Assembly (NCBI RefSeq): GCF_009834535.1
Contig: NC_045696.1
Span: 1,426,001-1,490,000, forward strand
Reading direction: 5' to 3'
DNA from: Camelus ferus
Lineage: Eukaryota
DNA: 64,000 nt
Shown: positions 38,301 through 51,689 of the stretch, in pieces
Layout of the letters: each line of letters opens with the position of its first letter
Numbering within the stretch: the first letter of the stretch is position 1
The notes under the pieces: generated by a model
Databases searched by the model: none
Told to the model about the DNA's origin: nothing
Seen by the model: the letters and a program-made list of their open reading frames with translations, nothing else
Translations under genes and position numbers: made by a program

Positions 38301-38639
38301 TGGTGCCCAGGAGGGCTGTGCCAGCTCCCTGAAGGCCCGTCCATCCCGGTCATGCCCCCTTGCTCCACTGTAAAAACTGAAGGACGTTCCTTATAAACAG
38401 GGCCTGAAACGGAGAGCGCCCGAGGGCCAGCAGCCTTTGCACCCCCGCGGCCGGGGCTGCTGACCCTGAACAAGGCGGGTGCACAGGACACTGGCCACGG
38501 CCAGCCCCTGCCCCTGCAGACTGCAAGCCATTCTCATTTCTTCTCTCAATGCTGCAGAGGCTCGAGCCATGGCCGCAGGGTGAGAGGACGACATGAAACA
38601 CGGTTTGGAAAGCGAGACGTGAGCCTGTGTTGTAAGCGG

Positions 38640-40360
38640 CAGGATTATGACGCACAGAGCTCTAAGGGAGCTACAGGGCTGATGCGTGATTGCAGCAAGG
38701 TCAGAGGACACAAAATTAATGGCAATAAAACATACTTTTCTCTACTAGTAGAAAACTGGAAAATAAGCTTTTGAGAATTCCATGCACAAAAGCTCTGAAA
38801 AGCACAAACACTGCAACAAGCTTGTCCACACGAAACAAATCTAAGAGCTTCACTCCGAAAACCCCACAAGCGCGCTGACAGAGCCTGAGGAAGATCCACA
38901 CAAACGGAGGGGACGCCACGTCCCCGGACGATGCGCCAGCAGCGCTAGAACGGCAGCCCCCCGACTGACCTGCAGGCCAGAGGAGGCCCGCTCACGGCCC
39001 CCTCGGTTCGGGGGGGGGGGCTTTTAAGAAACCGACAGGCCCGTGAAGATTCACACGGGAACAATACGGGCCCGGACTGCCCAGGGCGATGCAGGACTTC
39101 CCTCATCTGATCCCAAGACGAGCTTCACAGACGCAGCAATCAGACAGCCTGGTACCGAGACGGCCCAACAAGCAGAACCGCTCCTGGAAGGCCATCTGAT
39201 TGTTCGCAAAGACACCAGGACAACTGGATGAGGAAAGAAAAGTCTTTTTATAACAAATGGTGCTGGGACAGCTGAACACCCACATCGAAGGGGGGAAGAA
39301 CCCTGACTGTGCTTGTCACCACAGACAAATGGCGATTCAAGACGGACCAGCAATCTGAACACAAAGGCCCAGACCACGGCGCTCAGAGGAGCAGGACCGC
39401 GCCTTTCTGACTCGGGGCTGGGCGCTTTTCTTACACGGGACGTGTGAGACGTATATGGGAAAAAACAAACAAGACCCTTCAAAATTAAACTTCTGATCCT
39501 GAACACAGTTGTTCAGAAAATAAAGGGGGAGTCACAGTCTGAGAGAAAATTATTTGCAAAACACACACCTGACAGGTTCGTCTCCAGGACAGAGGAACCC
39601 TGGAGCTTAAGAGTAAGCAGCCCAGCCATAACCTTGTGAAACAGACCCTCGGCCCCCGAGGACGCCCAGACGGGCAGCAGCATGGAAAACACCGGTTCAC
39701 GGTGAGGGAGCCCGAGCCAGACGAGCCGGCAGCTCACGCTCTGCGGCCCGGCACGGCCCGGCACCTCTCCCACGATGCGGGGCTGTGAACGTACACCATG
39801 TGGAGAAGCATCTGGCAGGTGCTTGTAAAGCTAAACACACACCTGCCCTATGACCCAGCGCTCCATTCCCAAGTATTTACCCCCGAGAAACGAAAACATA
39901 TGTCCACAAACAGACTTGTAAAGAATGTTCATAGCAGTCTTGCTCACAGCAGCTAAAAAGAGAAAAAAGACCAGGTGTCCATCCGCAGGAAAGTGGTGCC
40001 AAACGGTGTGCCCGTACAAAGAAACGCTCCTCAGCAACAGACGGGCACGGAACGCGGCTACGTAAGACACAGAGGAGCCCAAGGCCGTGCCGAGCAGGAG
40101 AACCCAGACACAGAGAGCACAGTCCCATGTGACTCCCCCGACGCGACATCCAGGACAGTGACAACCAAACTCTGACCTAGAAGACCAGGCAGTGGTCATC
40201 CCGGGGAAGCGAGCCAGGGAAGGGGTCCTGGGGGGTGACATTCTGCATCCTGGAGGGATTCTGGCTGTGCAGGTCTCGGCATTTGTCACACATCACTGAG
40301 TAGCACACAGGATTTGCATTTCACTGTATGTAAATTTTACCTCAAAATAAAAATTTTAAA
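38640..40360 (+). mobile_element. Old L1M ORF2 and 3' relic, strongly GC-shifted
   Basis: Collinear L1 landmarks: gcaaggtcagaggacacaaaattaat; aaagtctttttataacaaatggtgctgggacagctg; tatttacccccgagaaacgaaaacatatgtccacaaa; tgtatgtaaattttacctcaaaataaaa. Confidence 0.85.
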
Positions 40361-40379
40361 AGATCCACAAACAAACACT

Positions 40380-41270
40380 GAACTCCAGCAGAACTATTTG
40401 GCAGAAAGTGCAGCGAAGCCTGTAATTTACTTCAGAATGCACAGATGAAACTCGGGCTGGTGGCTGGACAGACAGATGGGGCTGGACGGGTGCACAGATA
40501 TGTGATAAAGAAGTGAGGTGTTTGCTGTGGAATTCCCCCTACTTTTCTGTACAAAATTTTCCATAATAAATGCTAAGTCAAGGCAACTTGGGAGATGCAG
40601 CTAAAGCTATGTTCAGAGGCTAATGCACAGCCTTTCTTTCCTAAACAAAACATACAAAACAACTGACTAAGGCATTGAAGCAAACCTAAAGAAACCAAGA
40701 ACAAGGCACTAAGAAAACAGGAACTGATCATTTAGAAAACACACAGGTAGAGCTGACAACGAAGCACAAGGCTTCTCGGGATGAAGGTGACGGGACTGAT
40801 CAGAGACGAGAGAAGCGGCACAAAGACCGACAAGCAGGACACTTAATGACAAACCAACCGTTCTCGGCTGATCAAGGCTGGGGTCTGATCAGATCAGATG
40901 ACTTCTTTTTAAACAGGAAAACGAATGACCAAGATTGTCTCAAGCAGCTAAAGAGAAAGACCGACTACCACGGAAGAAAATGTGTCATAAAAGAACCGTG
41001 GCCCCACACCGTTCAGGGCCCCAGTGGTCGCAGTCTATCCAATTTCCCAAACTCACTTTACAAGAACACTTTGCACAGCTCCACACAAGGGACCACGACA
41101 AAGTAAATGGATGGATGGACCATTTCCTTGAGAAACACCCCCAAGTGACAGGAAACATGAAACCAATCATCGTGGAAGAAACTGACAAATCTCTTTAAAA
41201 AATGAAAAACATACGCTTTAAAACCTTCAAGGAAAAAATAACGCAGATCATACTGGAGGGACATGGGGAA
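40380..41270 (+). mobile_element. Degenerate L1 fragments (L1ME-like 3' end and ORF2 pieces)
   Basis: aaaattttccataataaa; ttgggagatgcagctaaagc; aaatggatggatggaccatttccttgagaaacac. Confidence 0.6.
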
Positions 41271-41557
41271 CGGAGAAGTGACCCTGGAAGGGCTGTGTCA
41301 GATGACACCGACTGGCACACGTCCCCGTCGTGACTACACATCTCATCGCGGGGCCAAACCCAGAACGATGCTGCCTGAGCCCGCCGCCCTGGGAGGGGAG
41401 CCCGCCAAGGCTGTGCAGACCCGCGTGCGGCCCGGACCCTCCACGGCCTGGCCCGACCGCGCATCAGCAGGGGTGGGCCTCGCGGGGGTCCGGGGGTCCG
41501 TGCCGGGACAAAGCAGGGGCGGGGGCGGGGACGGGGACAGGGACAGGCTGAGCTTAC

Positions 41558-41626
41558 TGTGCAGCCACCGCTCGCGCCTCAGCTTCAGCTTCTCCTTCTT
41601 GGGCAGAACAGCCTTGGTCTCCACAC
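41558..41626 (-). CDS. SLX9: SLX9 coding exon 3: (G)VETKAVLPKKEKLKLRRERWLH
   Basis: Acceptor ctctctgccctcag; donor CA|gtaagc; conserved LPKKEKxKLRRExWL motif; 69 nt, phase 1-1. Confidence 0.96.
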
Positions 41627-42083
41627 CTGAGGGCAGAGAGCACGGGGTGAGCGGGCGTGCGGTCCCCCAGCCCGTGGAGCCCAGCCCCTCCAACACACCC
41701 CCACCCAACCCCAGGGTGACCCAGGCCAGGTGGCAGGAGTGGGCAGTGACCGGGCAGGGCCCACCATGCCCCGTGGACTCCCCGGCACCATCCCTGCCCC
41801 TCTGGGAGCCGTCTGCCCCCCTCATCTGCCAGTGTGGGGGACGTGTGCAGGTCTCACTCGCCCACAACAGGGCAAGAAGCACAACGCATACCTTCACCTT
41901 TGTTCCCTGAACACCTCTGCCGGGAACTCAGGCCGCCCTGGGACCCCCGCCCCCACCTGCCCTGCTCGCCAACCTCCCATCTCGCTGGCCTGTCCTCCCT
42001 GGTGCTGCCCTCATGCAGCCCAGTCCTGCCGCCCCCCTTCTCCTGAGCCTTCCTCACCCCAGCAGCACATCTGCCGTCCCCGC

Positions 42084-42420
42084 TGTGACGGGATAAACCG
42101 TGCCCCCATGCTGGTGTGTCGAAGCCCTCATCCCAGCACCCCAGAATGGGCAGCATCTGGAGAGAGGACCTTTAACGAGGTAATCAGGTTAAAGTGAGGT
42201 CACTAGGGTGGGCCCTGATCCAGTCTGACCGGGTCCCTATGAGAAGAGGTGATCAGGACACAGACACACACAGAGCGACGACCATGTGGGACACAGGGAG
42301 GAGACGGCCACCTACATGCCCAGGAGAGGGGCCTCGGGAGAAATCAATCCTCCTGACGTGGGACGTCGGGTGTCCAGCCTGAGGCTGTCACCGCCACTCG
42401 AGCTGACCACCACACCACCT
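42084..42420 (+). mobile_element. MaLR LTR (MLT1A-like)
   Basis: aggacctttaacgaggtaatcaggttaaagtgaggtcactagggtgggccctgatccagtctgacc...aggacacagacacacacagag; clearly homologous to 16776-17165. Confidence 0.8.
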
Positions 42421-42654
42421 TCTCACCAACGAGGCGGAGCTGAGCTTCCTGCCACCAGCCAGGCAGGAGCCTAGCCTCCTGCACAAGCAGGCCACGTGTG
42501 AACCTCGCCTGCCCACCCCCAACAAGGACCTGCAGAGCCAGCATCGGGTCACTGTCACCAGGAAGGAAGGGGCAACACCTGTAACACCCATGGGCGACCT
42601 GAAGAAATCGGCCGGCCCAGGAGCACAGGGCACGTGTCCATCAGCGACCCTATG

Positions 42655-42775
42655 GACTAGCCCCTTTTTGCAGACAAGGAGACTGAGGCTGGGCAGGGCG
42701 GTGGGGGCTGTAACCTGCCCCAGGCTGCAGGGAACTGCCGCAAGCCAGATGAGAACAGAGCCTGAGAGCTGGGCC
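42655..42775 (-). mobile_element. MIR SINE fragment
   Basis: cccctttttgcagacaaggagactgaggct...taacctgccccaggctgcag. Confidence 0.55.
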
Positions 42776-45700
42776 CACGGCAGAGCGGCTCCACGCTGCG
42801 CCCTACCCCCCGGGGGCCACTGGACACTTGGGCTTTGGAGGCTCCCCCCGAAATAAACCACACACAAGGTGTGCACTCAGGCGGAGTTCCTCTGGCCTGC
42901 CTAGGGCTGCCACCTCGTCCGCAGCAGGCAGAGCGGGTGGAAGCAGGCCCACTCCAGGTGGGAGGCCAGCCGAGCCGCAGCGCGGCGCCCGTGACCTGGC
43001 GTGAGCTGCCGTCACTTGGGCCAGCCCCACGCCTGTCCACGCTGACTCCCAGCTGGACGATGACGGTCGGCCAGTGTCGGCAGAAGCCGTGGGGGAGTCC
43101 CGGGAGGCTCGGAGGCGACAACTGGAGCATCAGGTGGCACCGAGGAGGCAGGCTGGAGCAGCCAGCAGGGAAGCTGCCCTCCCCGTCCCTTGGTGCTAAG
43201 GCAAGACGTGGCTTCGGGGGCACCCAGAGACCCGCAGGAGGGTCCTCTCACTGGGCCTCTTGGAGCCTCCACTTCCTCTTGAGGACACAGGTGGGCGGAG
43301 AGAAGGGGGACCTCCAGCCTGCTCTGTGAACTTATGACACAAATCCTGGGACTGCGGCTGCCCCTTCGAAATTCTTCCAACCGGGGGAAGAGAGCTGCCT
43401 TCAGAGAAACATGCCAAGGTCTTCGGGCTCTGTGCACACAGCCGGGCCCAGGGCAGGCAGGGAGCATGCTTCAGGGAGCAGACATTGCGGGGCTGGCGGC
43501 TCCCCGTCAGGGCTGTGGCCCGCAGGGCGCAGGTGGGAGGGCGCTGGGCAGGAGACGCCAGACGAGGCTGAGAGCGTCTCTGCCAACAGTCTGCTCTGAA
43601 AACAGGGCGGGGCCCAGGCCGCCCCACTGGCTGGGCCTTAACTGGTCTTCTCAGACAATGCGGCTTAAGCCCAGGACACGTTCCACCTGTACACACTTGC
43701 GCAAGATCCATGTCTTCACGCAGGTCCTCTGGGCTATTGCAACAGACCCAGGATGTCTAATGAAGACCGAGCAGAACACGGCTGTCCGAGGAGCAGGGCT
43801 CCTGTCCCACTGCGCCTTCCACCCCGGGACTCGCGTAAACCCAGGACCTGTGACTCCCACGGGGATCTAATCCTGGTTCCAAGAGCCACCTCCGCACGCT
43901 GGGGCCTCCTGTTCAAACTTCCAGATGTGCCTGGAGCTGACCTAGTCTCCCCGCCGCCACCCCAACCTCCCACAGCAGAAAGGGGCAGCGCAGCAACTGC
44001 CAGTCACCCTCGGCCGAGTCAGCGGCTGCTCTGACCTGTGTGGGGGCCCGGGGCGAACAGGAGAGGGGGCGCTGCACCAGGGGACCCAGCCTGCGCAGGG
44101 AGGGGGGCGTGTGCGCCCCTGCAGCTGTCAGAGACCACGGGGGTGCAAGTGTGAGATGTCCATGGGGCCCAGTGTGGGGCCAAACCAACCCTGGAGCGAT
44201 GAGGGCACCACTCTGGGGCTGGGTGGGGTGAGGGCCCGTGTCCGGGTGTGGGTCTGAGCACGGGCGCCAGCGGCGGGAGGCGGCCTCACCACGAACCTCC
44301 GGGAGACAAGAGGTGTCAGCGCTCACTCTCAGACGTTCAGGAAGAGGTTTTCTCTCCCCTAATCCTGCAATTTTCTACAAATTTTAAATAATTTCAAAAG
44401 AAGTCTACAACCTGTTGAGACTGATGGAATCGTGAACCCACCACATCCGACGAGGAGCAGGTGCACACATGGGTGGGGACGTCCCCGCAGCCCGTCCCCA
44501 TGGCCCCCGGAAGCACACCCACCCTGAGGCCGCAAAGGACTTGCAGAGCTGCAGCCCCACAGAGGCCGCCTGGGATGCTGGCAGCAGGCCCCGCGGGCCC
44601 CAAGAACTCGGGACGTCTCTGCCCAGGTGGCAAACAGACACTGCCCCTGGGGCACAGGCGGGAACAGGCAGGAACCGGTCTGCTCACCTCAGCATCCCCA
44701 CTGGGCGCCCCCAGCAGATCCAGAGGGTTCTAAAAGCCCAAACCCTCAAGGGCCTGGCAAAGCCCTCGCTCTGCACTGAAGCTACAGCCTTAAACGAGAC
44801 AGTGGGAGAGGGTTGGCAGGGGTGGGGGCCCATGGGCCAGGGGAACCAGCCCCAAGAAGAAGGCAGCATCTGGGCACCCTAGTGGCATCGGGAGCATCTG
44901 GTCCTGAGTGACAGCAGGACGGCTGCCCAGGACAGCGCTCCATCCATCTCTGGACATCTCCAGGGCTGCAGAAAAGAGACATGCAAATTTAGCCAAAGGG
45001 AGGGGCCCGGCTCCGCAGGGGCTTTAGTGGAAATTATCAGACACGTGCAGGGCAGAGGGATGCTCGCTGTACAGAACGCTCAATGCCCCAGCTTCATCCT
45101 CCCGACTCTGGTACTGAAATCCAATCCCAGACAGTCCAGCGTCCACCCTCAGGACAGCAGCCTCGTGTGGGTCCCCCAGGTGTTTAAGTCAGCACCTGTG
45201 AAAGGGGACCCACCCTAGGCCCTGGCACCGTGGCCATGAGGACAGGCCATCCGGGCAGGATGGGGGACACTCAGAGGGACACTGGCCAGCACCAAGAGGG
45301 CAGAGGCACCATGTCAAGGCCGGTCCAGTCTGCACACCCCTGAAGCTTGCCTGTCACTTCTCTCCAGGCCCAGCACAAGCCCTGCGGCTCAGCCCTGGGC
45401 AGCCCAAAGACCAATGCTAGTGGACAGTGCTGTAAAGACAGTGTCCCCCCCTTGGAGGAAGGTTCTGGAACTGCAGGAGAGGAGCAGATGGGGAAGGCTC
45501 TCGGGCCACCCTATCTGGTGATGGAGAAGGAGCACCAGAGAACCTGCGGCGTCCAGGCCCAGCTCCGCTGACATGAGAAAACAATTCCAGAAACTGCTGC
45601 CGCGCAGGCGCTCCAGGGGCACCACGTCCTTCCGGTGGCCAGGAGGGCCTCCCGGTCAGTGTGTGGAGCCCCGGACAGAGGCACTGTGTGAGCCTCGCAG

Positions 45701-48142
45701 GAGACAACCAGGGCTGTTCCCAGGTGGACATTCCCTGGGCCGGGCCACAGCGTCACCGAGCTGCCCGGCGAGGGGCCCTTCTGGACAAAGGGCGGTGAGG
45801 CAAGCCCACCGAGGAGTGCGCGGCCACTTCCCGGGCGGGCAGCGCCAACTCCACCCAGGTCAGCGAGCAGCACGTTCTGCGAGCAGGAGTGGGGCCCAGA
45901 CGCAGTCCACGTGGGGACGCAGGGCTGGCCTTTACTTGTAACATCGATTCTCTGGCTTTTCTACCACATGCACTTCCTGCCTTTCCAATCAGGAAGTGTC
46001 TCTTACAGAAGGTCACTTTAGCAGGAGGCTAGTCCCTGACTTCTCAGTTCTCTGCTAGGTGCACCCTGCGGGGAGGGGCCCCGCGCCCACTCAGGGTCGC
46101 GGACTTGGCTTCCACCCCTGCACCAGCTCAGCTCCAGGAGCACAGACAGGAAGGAGCAAAGGGGCCCTGTCACAGCCTAGCCCCTCCTACTGCCCCTGAG
46201 ACCCCAGAGCAATGCCAGGGCCACCTCCCACCACAGAACACTTGCCGCTGCCTCTGGGGCCTCCTGTCCCCTGAGCACAGGGATGTCCCACTGCAGCGAG
46301 ATGCCAGCCTTCGGGGGCCAAGGTCTTCACCGCTGCCACCGCGTTGGGACTCTCCTCTGCCTGGGGTGGCACCTGGACACAGTGTCTTCACACGCAACTA
46401 AACACGACTACGTCCCATCAGAGCACCCAAGATATGAGGGCAGCACAGCACGCAGGAGGGGCCAGACTGGTGAGCGTTCCTGCTCCCCAGGGCGCCTCGT
46501 TCCGCTGGCACTGCCTTTAAGCCATTTTTAAGACTTTCAAATTCTCAACCCCATGAACACGTAGCCCGCCTCGCTGCCGTGAGCGGGTCACCACCACACA
46601 TTCCCGGACAGGGGAAGGGGTCACCCGCTTGGGCCGCCTCTGCACTCAGAGCTCTGCAAGGATGCACTGACGGGGTCCCTGACAGAAAGCCTCGGGCCCC
46701 CAGCAAGGAAGGGGCGGGCAGGATGTGACCTCACCCCGGGAACAGAAAGGACAATGATGGAGCCAAGGCCCCTCGGGCCCACGCTGCTCCTGGGAAAGAG
46801 GCCACAGGGCCCAGCTACCCGGAGGCTCCTGGGCAGGGGGCGGACCCTGTGCCGCTGAGAGCCGCCCTGGTGGCGCTGCCCAAGGCCCTGTCCAAGCACC
46901 AGTGACTCCGGCTCAGCTGTCTTGAGACCCGTCGCCGTGGGGATGCCCACTTCCCGACGCCCCTTGGAGCGGTCCGTTACCCAAATCGTTCACGGTAATT
47001 CTTCTGCTCCACTCCCAGGCCCTCCCCCGCCCTTCCCATTGGGCCCTGTGACCAAACAGCAAATTCCTCCAGGGTGAGAACTGGGGTGCAGGGCATGCTC
47101 AGGTCTGCTGTGAGCCTGGCTCCGTGGCACCCAGGCCCCAGCACACATCACCCCTCAGCGCAGAGCACACACGTCCTCACACCACCCTGCTGCAGCCAAA
47201 CCCTCCTGCTCCCCTCCCACCAACAGCCCGTCCAGAGCCGGGAAGAACGTGCCGGAAACACCCCGAAGTCCGGACAACAGGGGGAGAGGACGCAGGCCCC
47301 ATCACCTCCCACGCAGAGTCCAGCCCTTTCCTCTCAAACTCGGGCAGCAGGGGCCTCAGCGGCCTCCCTGACCCGGCCCTTCCCCACTTCCTCTGCCAGA
47401 GAACCGGCTCGACGCAAACTCGGGTGAGAAGAGCCTTCCCGCCCGCCCACCGTGTGATGGGGTGGCCTCGGCCACCAGCACTTCAGCTCAGCAGCCCCCA
47501 GCTGCCAGCAGGCCCGGAGCAGAGGCCCAGGCCCCCCAGTCCTCCGGTCCAGCACACAGAGCGCAGGTCCTGCTAGCCAGGACGCCCCTGGAGGCAGTGG
47601 GCACCTTCCCTGAGGGTCTCCCCCCTCGGCAAGGAGAACAGCGCTCAGGCGACGTGCAGGGCGCTCACAGCTGCCAACCCAGGCCAGCGGCCACCTCCAA
47701 CGGGCAGGCAGCGCACACCACGGCACAGAGCGGGAGGGCCTCCGCCGGCCCACCCAGGACTTCCAGGACTCCCCTCCGGCGTCCTAAGAGGGCAGGGAGG
47801 CCAAGGAGAAGCAAAACAGCCCCTTGGCCAAAGTGCGCCTCCAGCGGAGCAGCGGTCCTGTCTCGGGATCCACCCTCCCCGGTTCCTATCTTACACTCGG
47901 GGCGGGTGGAGGTAAGTACAGAAAACGCTCTAGGTGGAAGCGTCACAGCCCTGACTTCACAGCTGCAGGACAGGCGGGCAGCTCTGACCAGGGAGCCTCA
48001 GCCACAGTCGCTAAAGACAACGGGGCGGGGGGGGGGGGGTGCTGGCGGAACAGCGCAGCGGGGGAGGGTGCACTCAGCCTGCACGAGGCGCTGGCTTCAC
48101 TCCCCAGCACCTCCATTCAAAGCAAAGTTTAAAAAAAGACAC

Positions 48143-48166
48143 GTAAGTAAGTAAGTAAGTAAATAA
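48143..48166 (+). repeat. (GTAA)n microsatellite
   Basis: gtaagtaagtaagtaagtaaataa. Confidence 0.8.
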
Positions 48167-51100
48167 ATTTTTAAAATTAAAAGTCCCTAAAGATAGCCTC
48201 TGGAAAGCGCCCAGCTCCGCCTCCTGTCGGGAAGCAGGCCCGGCTCCGGCTCCGGCTCCGAGCAGACGCGGCTCCGCTGCCCTCTGCTGAGCAGCGGCTC
48301 TGGAGCAGGAGCTTTGCGGGGCCCGTGGCAGGCGGCCAGCATGGGGCGGGGAAGCTCTGGCCGCCTGGTCCGGGGAGGGGAGACCGTCTCAGCCGCACCG
48401 TCCCCAGGAGACGGACATGGCGTCCCCAAGGCAAAGTCCCTCCACTGCAGCCTCGAGGTGTCTTGTCCACTCACCACCATCACATTCCCCTGGAGACACG
48501 CTGCCGCCACCACTTCCCCCTCCTGTCCTCCAGGCCCACCCCACCTGCTTACGTCTCACCTGAGTCTGGGGGTCGGAACTCCCCGGCTCAGGGTACAGAG
48601 TCCTGGCCGACACCCCAGGTGCTTGTCTGAGCAGAGAGGGGCTTGTCTCCTACAACTTTTCAGGACAAAGGAATGTAGAACTGGAAACGTGATTTGCAAG
48701 GTGGCACCCCGTGCAGGAGGGGACGAACGCAGAGGCCAGAGTGCCTGCTCCAGACCTGCCACTCGCCCGAGTCCCTGCCCCGAGAGCAGACGCAGAGGAG
48801 CTGGGAAGCCGCTTCCTGTGCAGGCCCACAGTCCCACGGGCCCTGACCCTCAGGACACAGCCACATTCTGCTGCTGGTGGGTGGGGGCTGTCCGAGGGGC
48901 TGAGGGGAAGCCAGTGGTTCCCCGTAGCTCAGAGCCCCAGCGGGGCATCAGAAGGAAACCTGGGAGCAGGCCTGGCTGCTGAGCCAGCAGGGCTCCCAGA
49001 GGCTCTGCGCGGAAGTGCAGGAGAGACGCCGCGAGCAAGACCCCCACGGGCCAAACAGGGCCCACGGGAGCCCGGGCCGCGGGCGACGGCATGAGCACGT
49101 CCACACAGGGGAGGGGAGCAGCAGACATCCTTCCCCCATGGAGGGGGGCAAGGCGTCCACAACCCGCCCCCGCAGACCACACTGGCGGTGCGGGATGGCA
49201 CTGCGGCCAGAGACGCGGGGACAGCAAGGACGCAGGAAGGGCATGTGCTAATCCAGGCAGACAGGAGCCCGTGCCTTCACAGCCCGGCAGCTCCCTGAGC
49301 AGCGGCTGAGTCACCGGACGCCACTTTCCCCATGACCTCACCTACCCCAGGCTGCCGGCCCCTGCTCAAACCCAGGGGAGCCACCAGGCCCGTTGTCCCC
49401 AAGGGGTCCAGGGTGCTGGCCAATAGGGAGGCGAGGCTGACAAATGCCACAAACACAGGAGCTGCTGGAGAAGGAGGCGTGGGGAGGGTGACAGACATCT
49501 GCACTGGGCCCCAGGGGCGTCTGGGCACCTCGGCCTGCAGAGAGGGTCCTCGCTCAACAGGACACACGGCCAGTCCCTCCCACAGCGCCAACTGGGCACT
49601 TACTGAAGCTGGGCACTGGTCCCAACATTCCACGCTTACTGCCTCACCTGAACCCCAAACAGGCAGCACTCAGGGGGCAAGTCCTGTTGTCACCCCCTTT
49701 TACAGATGAGCAGCTGAGGCCACACCCAAGCCACCAGCCTGGGAGGCTCCCGTGCCAGCAAGCACATGCCCCACACCCTGAACCCCGCACCCCCAGCAGC
49801 GCTGCCCCAGGCTGCCCGCCTGTTTCCTCCAGCACCCCGGGCTCTCTGACCTCTGCACCTCACAGTCCAGGCCCTCTTCTCCTGTAAATATTCTTTAATT
49901 CTCTGTATAATACGACATTTTCACATCCTAAAAAAAACTTTCTGGCTGGGGGAGACCCCGTTCCGGGGCGGGCAATCCCCGTTTGCTGCCTCCTGGTCTC
50001 CCCAATTCCTCCCCCTTGGTCCTGCGGCCCTGCTCCGGCCCGTAGGACCTGTGAGTGCAACAAACTTCTCAGCTGCTCCTTCCCCTGCGTGGCCTCACCC
50101 ACCGACCATTCACAAAAGAAAACAAACACCTTGCTTCTTTCTCTCCCTGTTCCCCCTCCCACCCCTGTGGTTCTCAGGCTCACACCACCCGAAGTTTTAA
50201 GCACATTCTGGCCACGCCCCCCGGGCAGCCGATGCCATCGGTGGAGGCCTAGGATTCTCTCACACCCCTCAGCCTCAGTGCAGAGGCGTAGGGCTGGAGT
50301 TCTTCCTGCTGCGCACTGAGACGCCCCCCAATGAGAGCGCCCAGACCCACAGGCTCGCGCCAAGGCACCGCCACCCCGGGGACCAGATCAGGAGACAGTA
50401 GGTTAGGTTGCGAAGACGGATCGGGGATCTGGATGACAGTGCCTCGAAGCTCAGGACAAGGAGACCCTGGGCTCCGAGAGGAGATGGGGGGCTTCCGTGC
50501 TCCTGTAGCTGCAAGGCAGGACCCACCAGGCTCAGGGTCAATGTCCTGAACTTGGCAGCGCTGGAGACCCCTAGAGGGTGTGTGGAAACAGGTTCAGCAG
50601 ATCTGGGATGGGTCCCCAGTGCTGACCTCGGGCCAGCCCAAGCCAAGGGCAAAGCTTTGGCCCCTATCTGCACCGGGGAGCTCTGACGATGCCCCCAGAA
50701 AACATCTCAGAGATGCCAGAGGGAGGCCCAGCTGTCACTCCATTCCCAGGCAAGGCCTCGCAGCTCTGAGCTCGGCCACCTCTCCTCTGCTGCACCGCAT
50801 CCTCCTCTGGACAGAGGACAAGCTGTGTCGGCGCTTCACTGGCATGGGGCACGGCTGAAGGAGCCCTGGACACGTCCCAGGCAGGCCCACACTGTACATC
50901 TGCCCGACAGATGCCATGCTCACCTGATGAACATAGATAAAAAGATGCTCCAAAATCCAGCAGCCAACAAGGCACGGCACTGGGGCTCCAACACAGGTCC
51001 CGCATCTCCAAGCTAATGCTCCGTCCCCTCAAGCCCTCCAGAATGCTCGGGGGTGCGGGCCACAGCACAGACATCTTCTCCCGCCCTCTGCCCCAGGTCC

Positions 51101-51689
51101 TCGCCTGAGCCGCCCCTCACGGAGGCCCCACTACAGGCAGGTCAGAGGCAGGCGCAGGGCTGGGGGCTTGTCCCCTGCAGGCCCCACCCTTTCAGGTAAG
51201 TGAGAATCCGTGTACAGGACGACCGTGAGAGGCAAACGAGAAGGGGAGAGGATCCGCAGGCTGAGACGTTCCTCTCCCCCACTGCCTCTGCCACCATGGG
51301 CACTCAGCCTGAGCGGGGAGACCGGACACCTTCCTGGGTGGGCGCTCACCAGGCAGGACCGCACACCCACCTGGACCAAACAGGCAGAGCCCATCCCGTG
51401 GTCAGAAGGCAAACTCGAGCCCACAACCCCCAGGGCAGGCGGGACAGAGGGGAGAGCGGCCGCTGGGCGACCCACCGGGGTTGCCAGTTGCCAGAGGACA
51501 GCCCTTGCCAGCTTTCTGGGGGGACAACGGCAACTCGCAGCAGCCCGGAAGAGCTTCTGCACAAAACAGTGAAGAGCCTCGTGCTACAGCACGTAAAGCC
51601 CTCATTCAAGTTTAGGAAAAGTCATCAAGACAGCCCGGTACACAGACAAACTGTAAGAGAACCAGTGAACACGCTGACAACCGTTTGAA

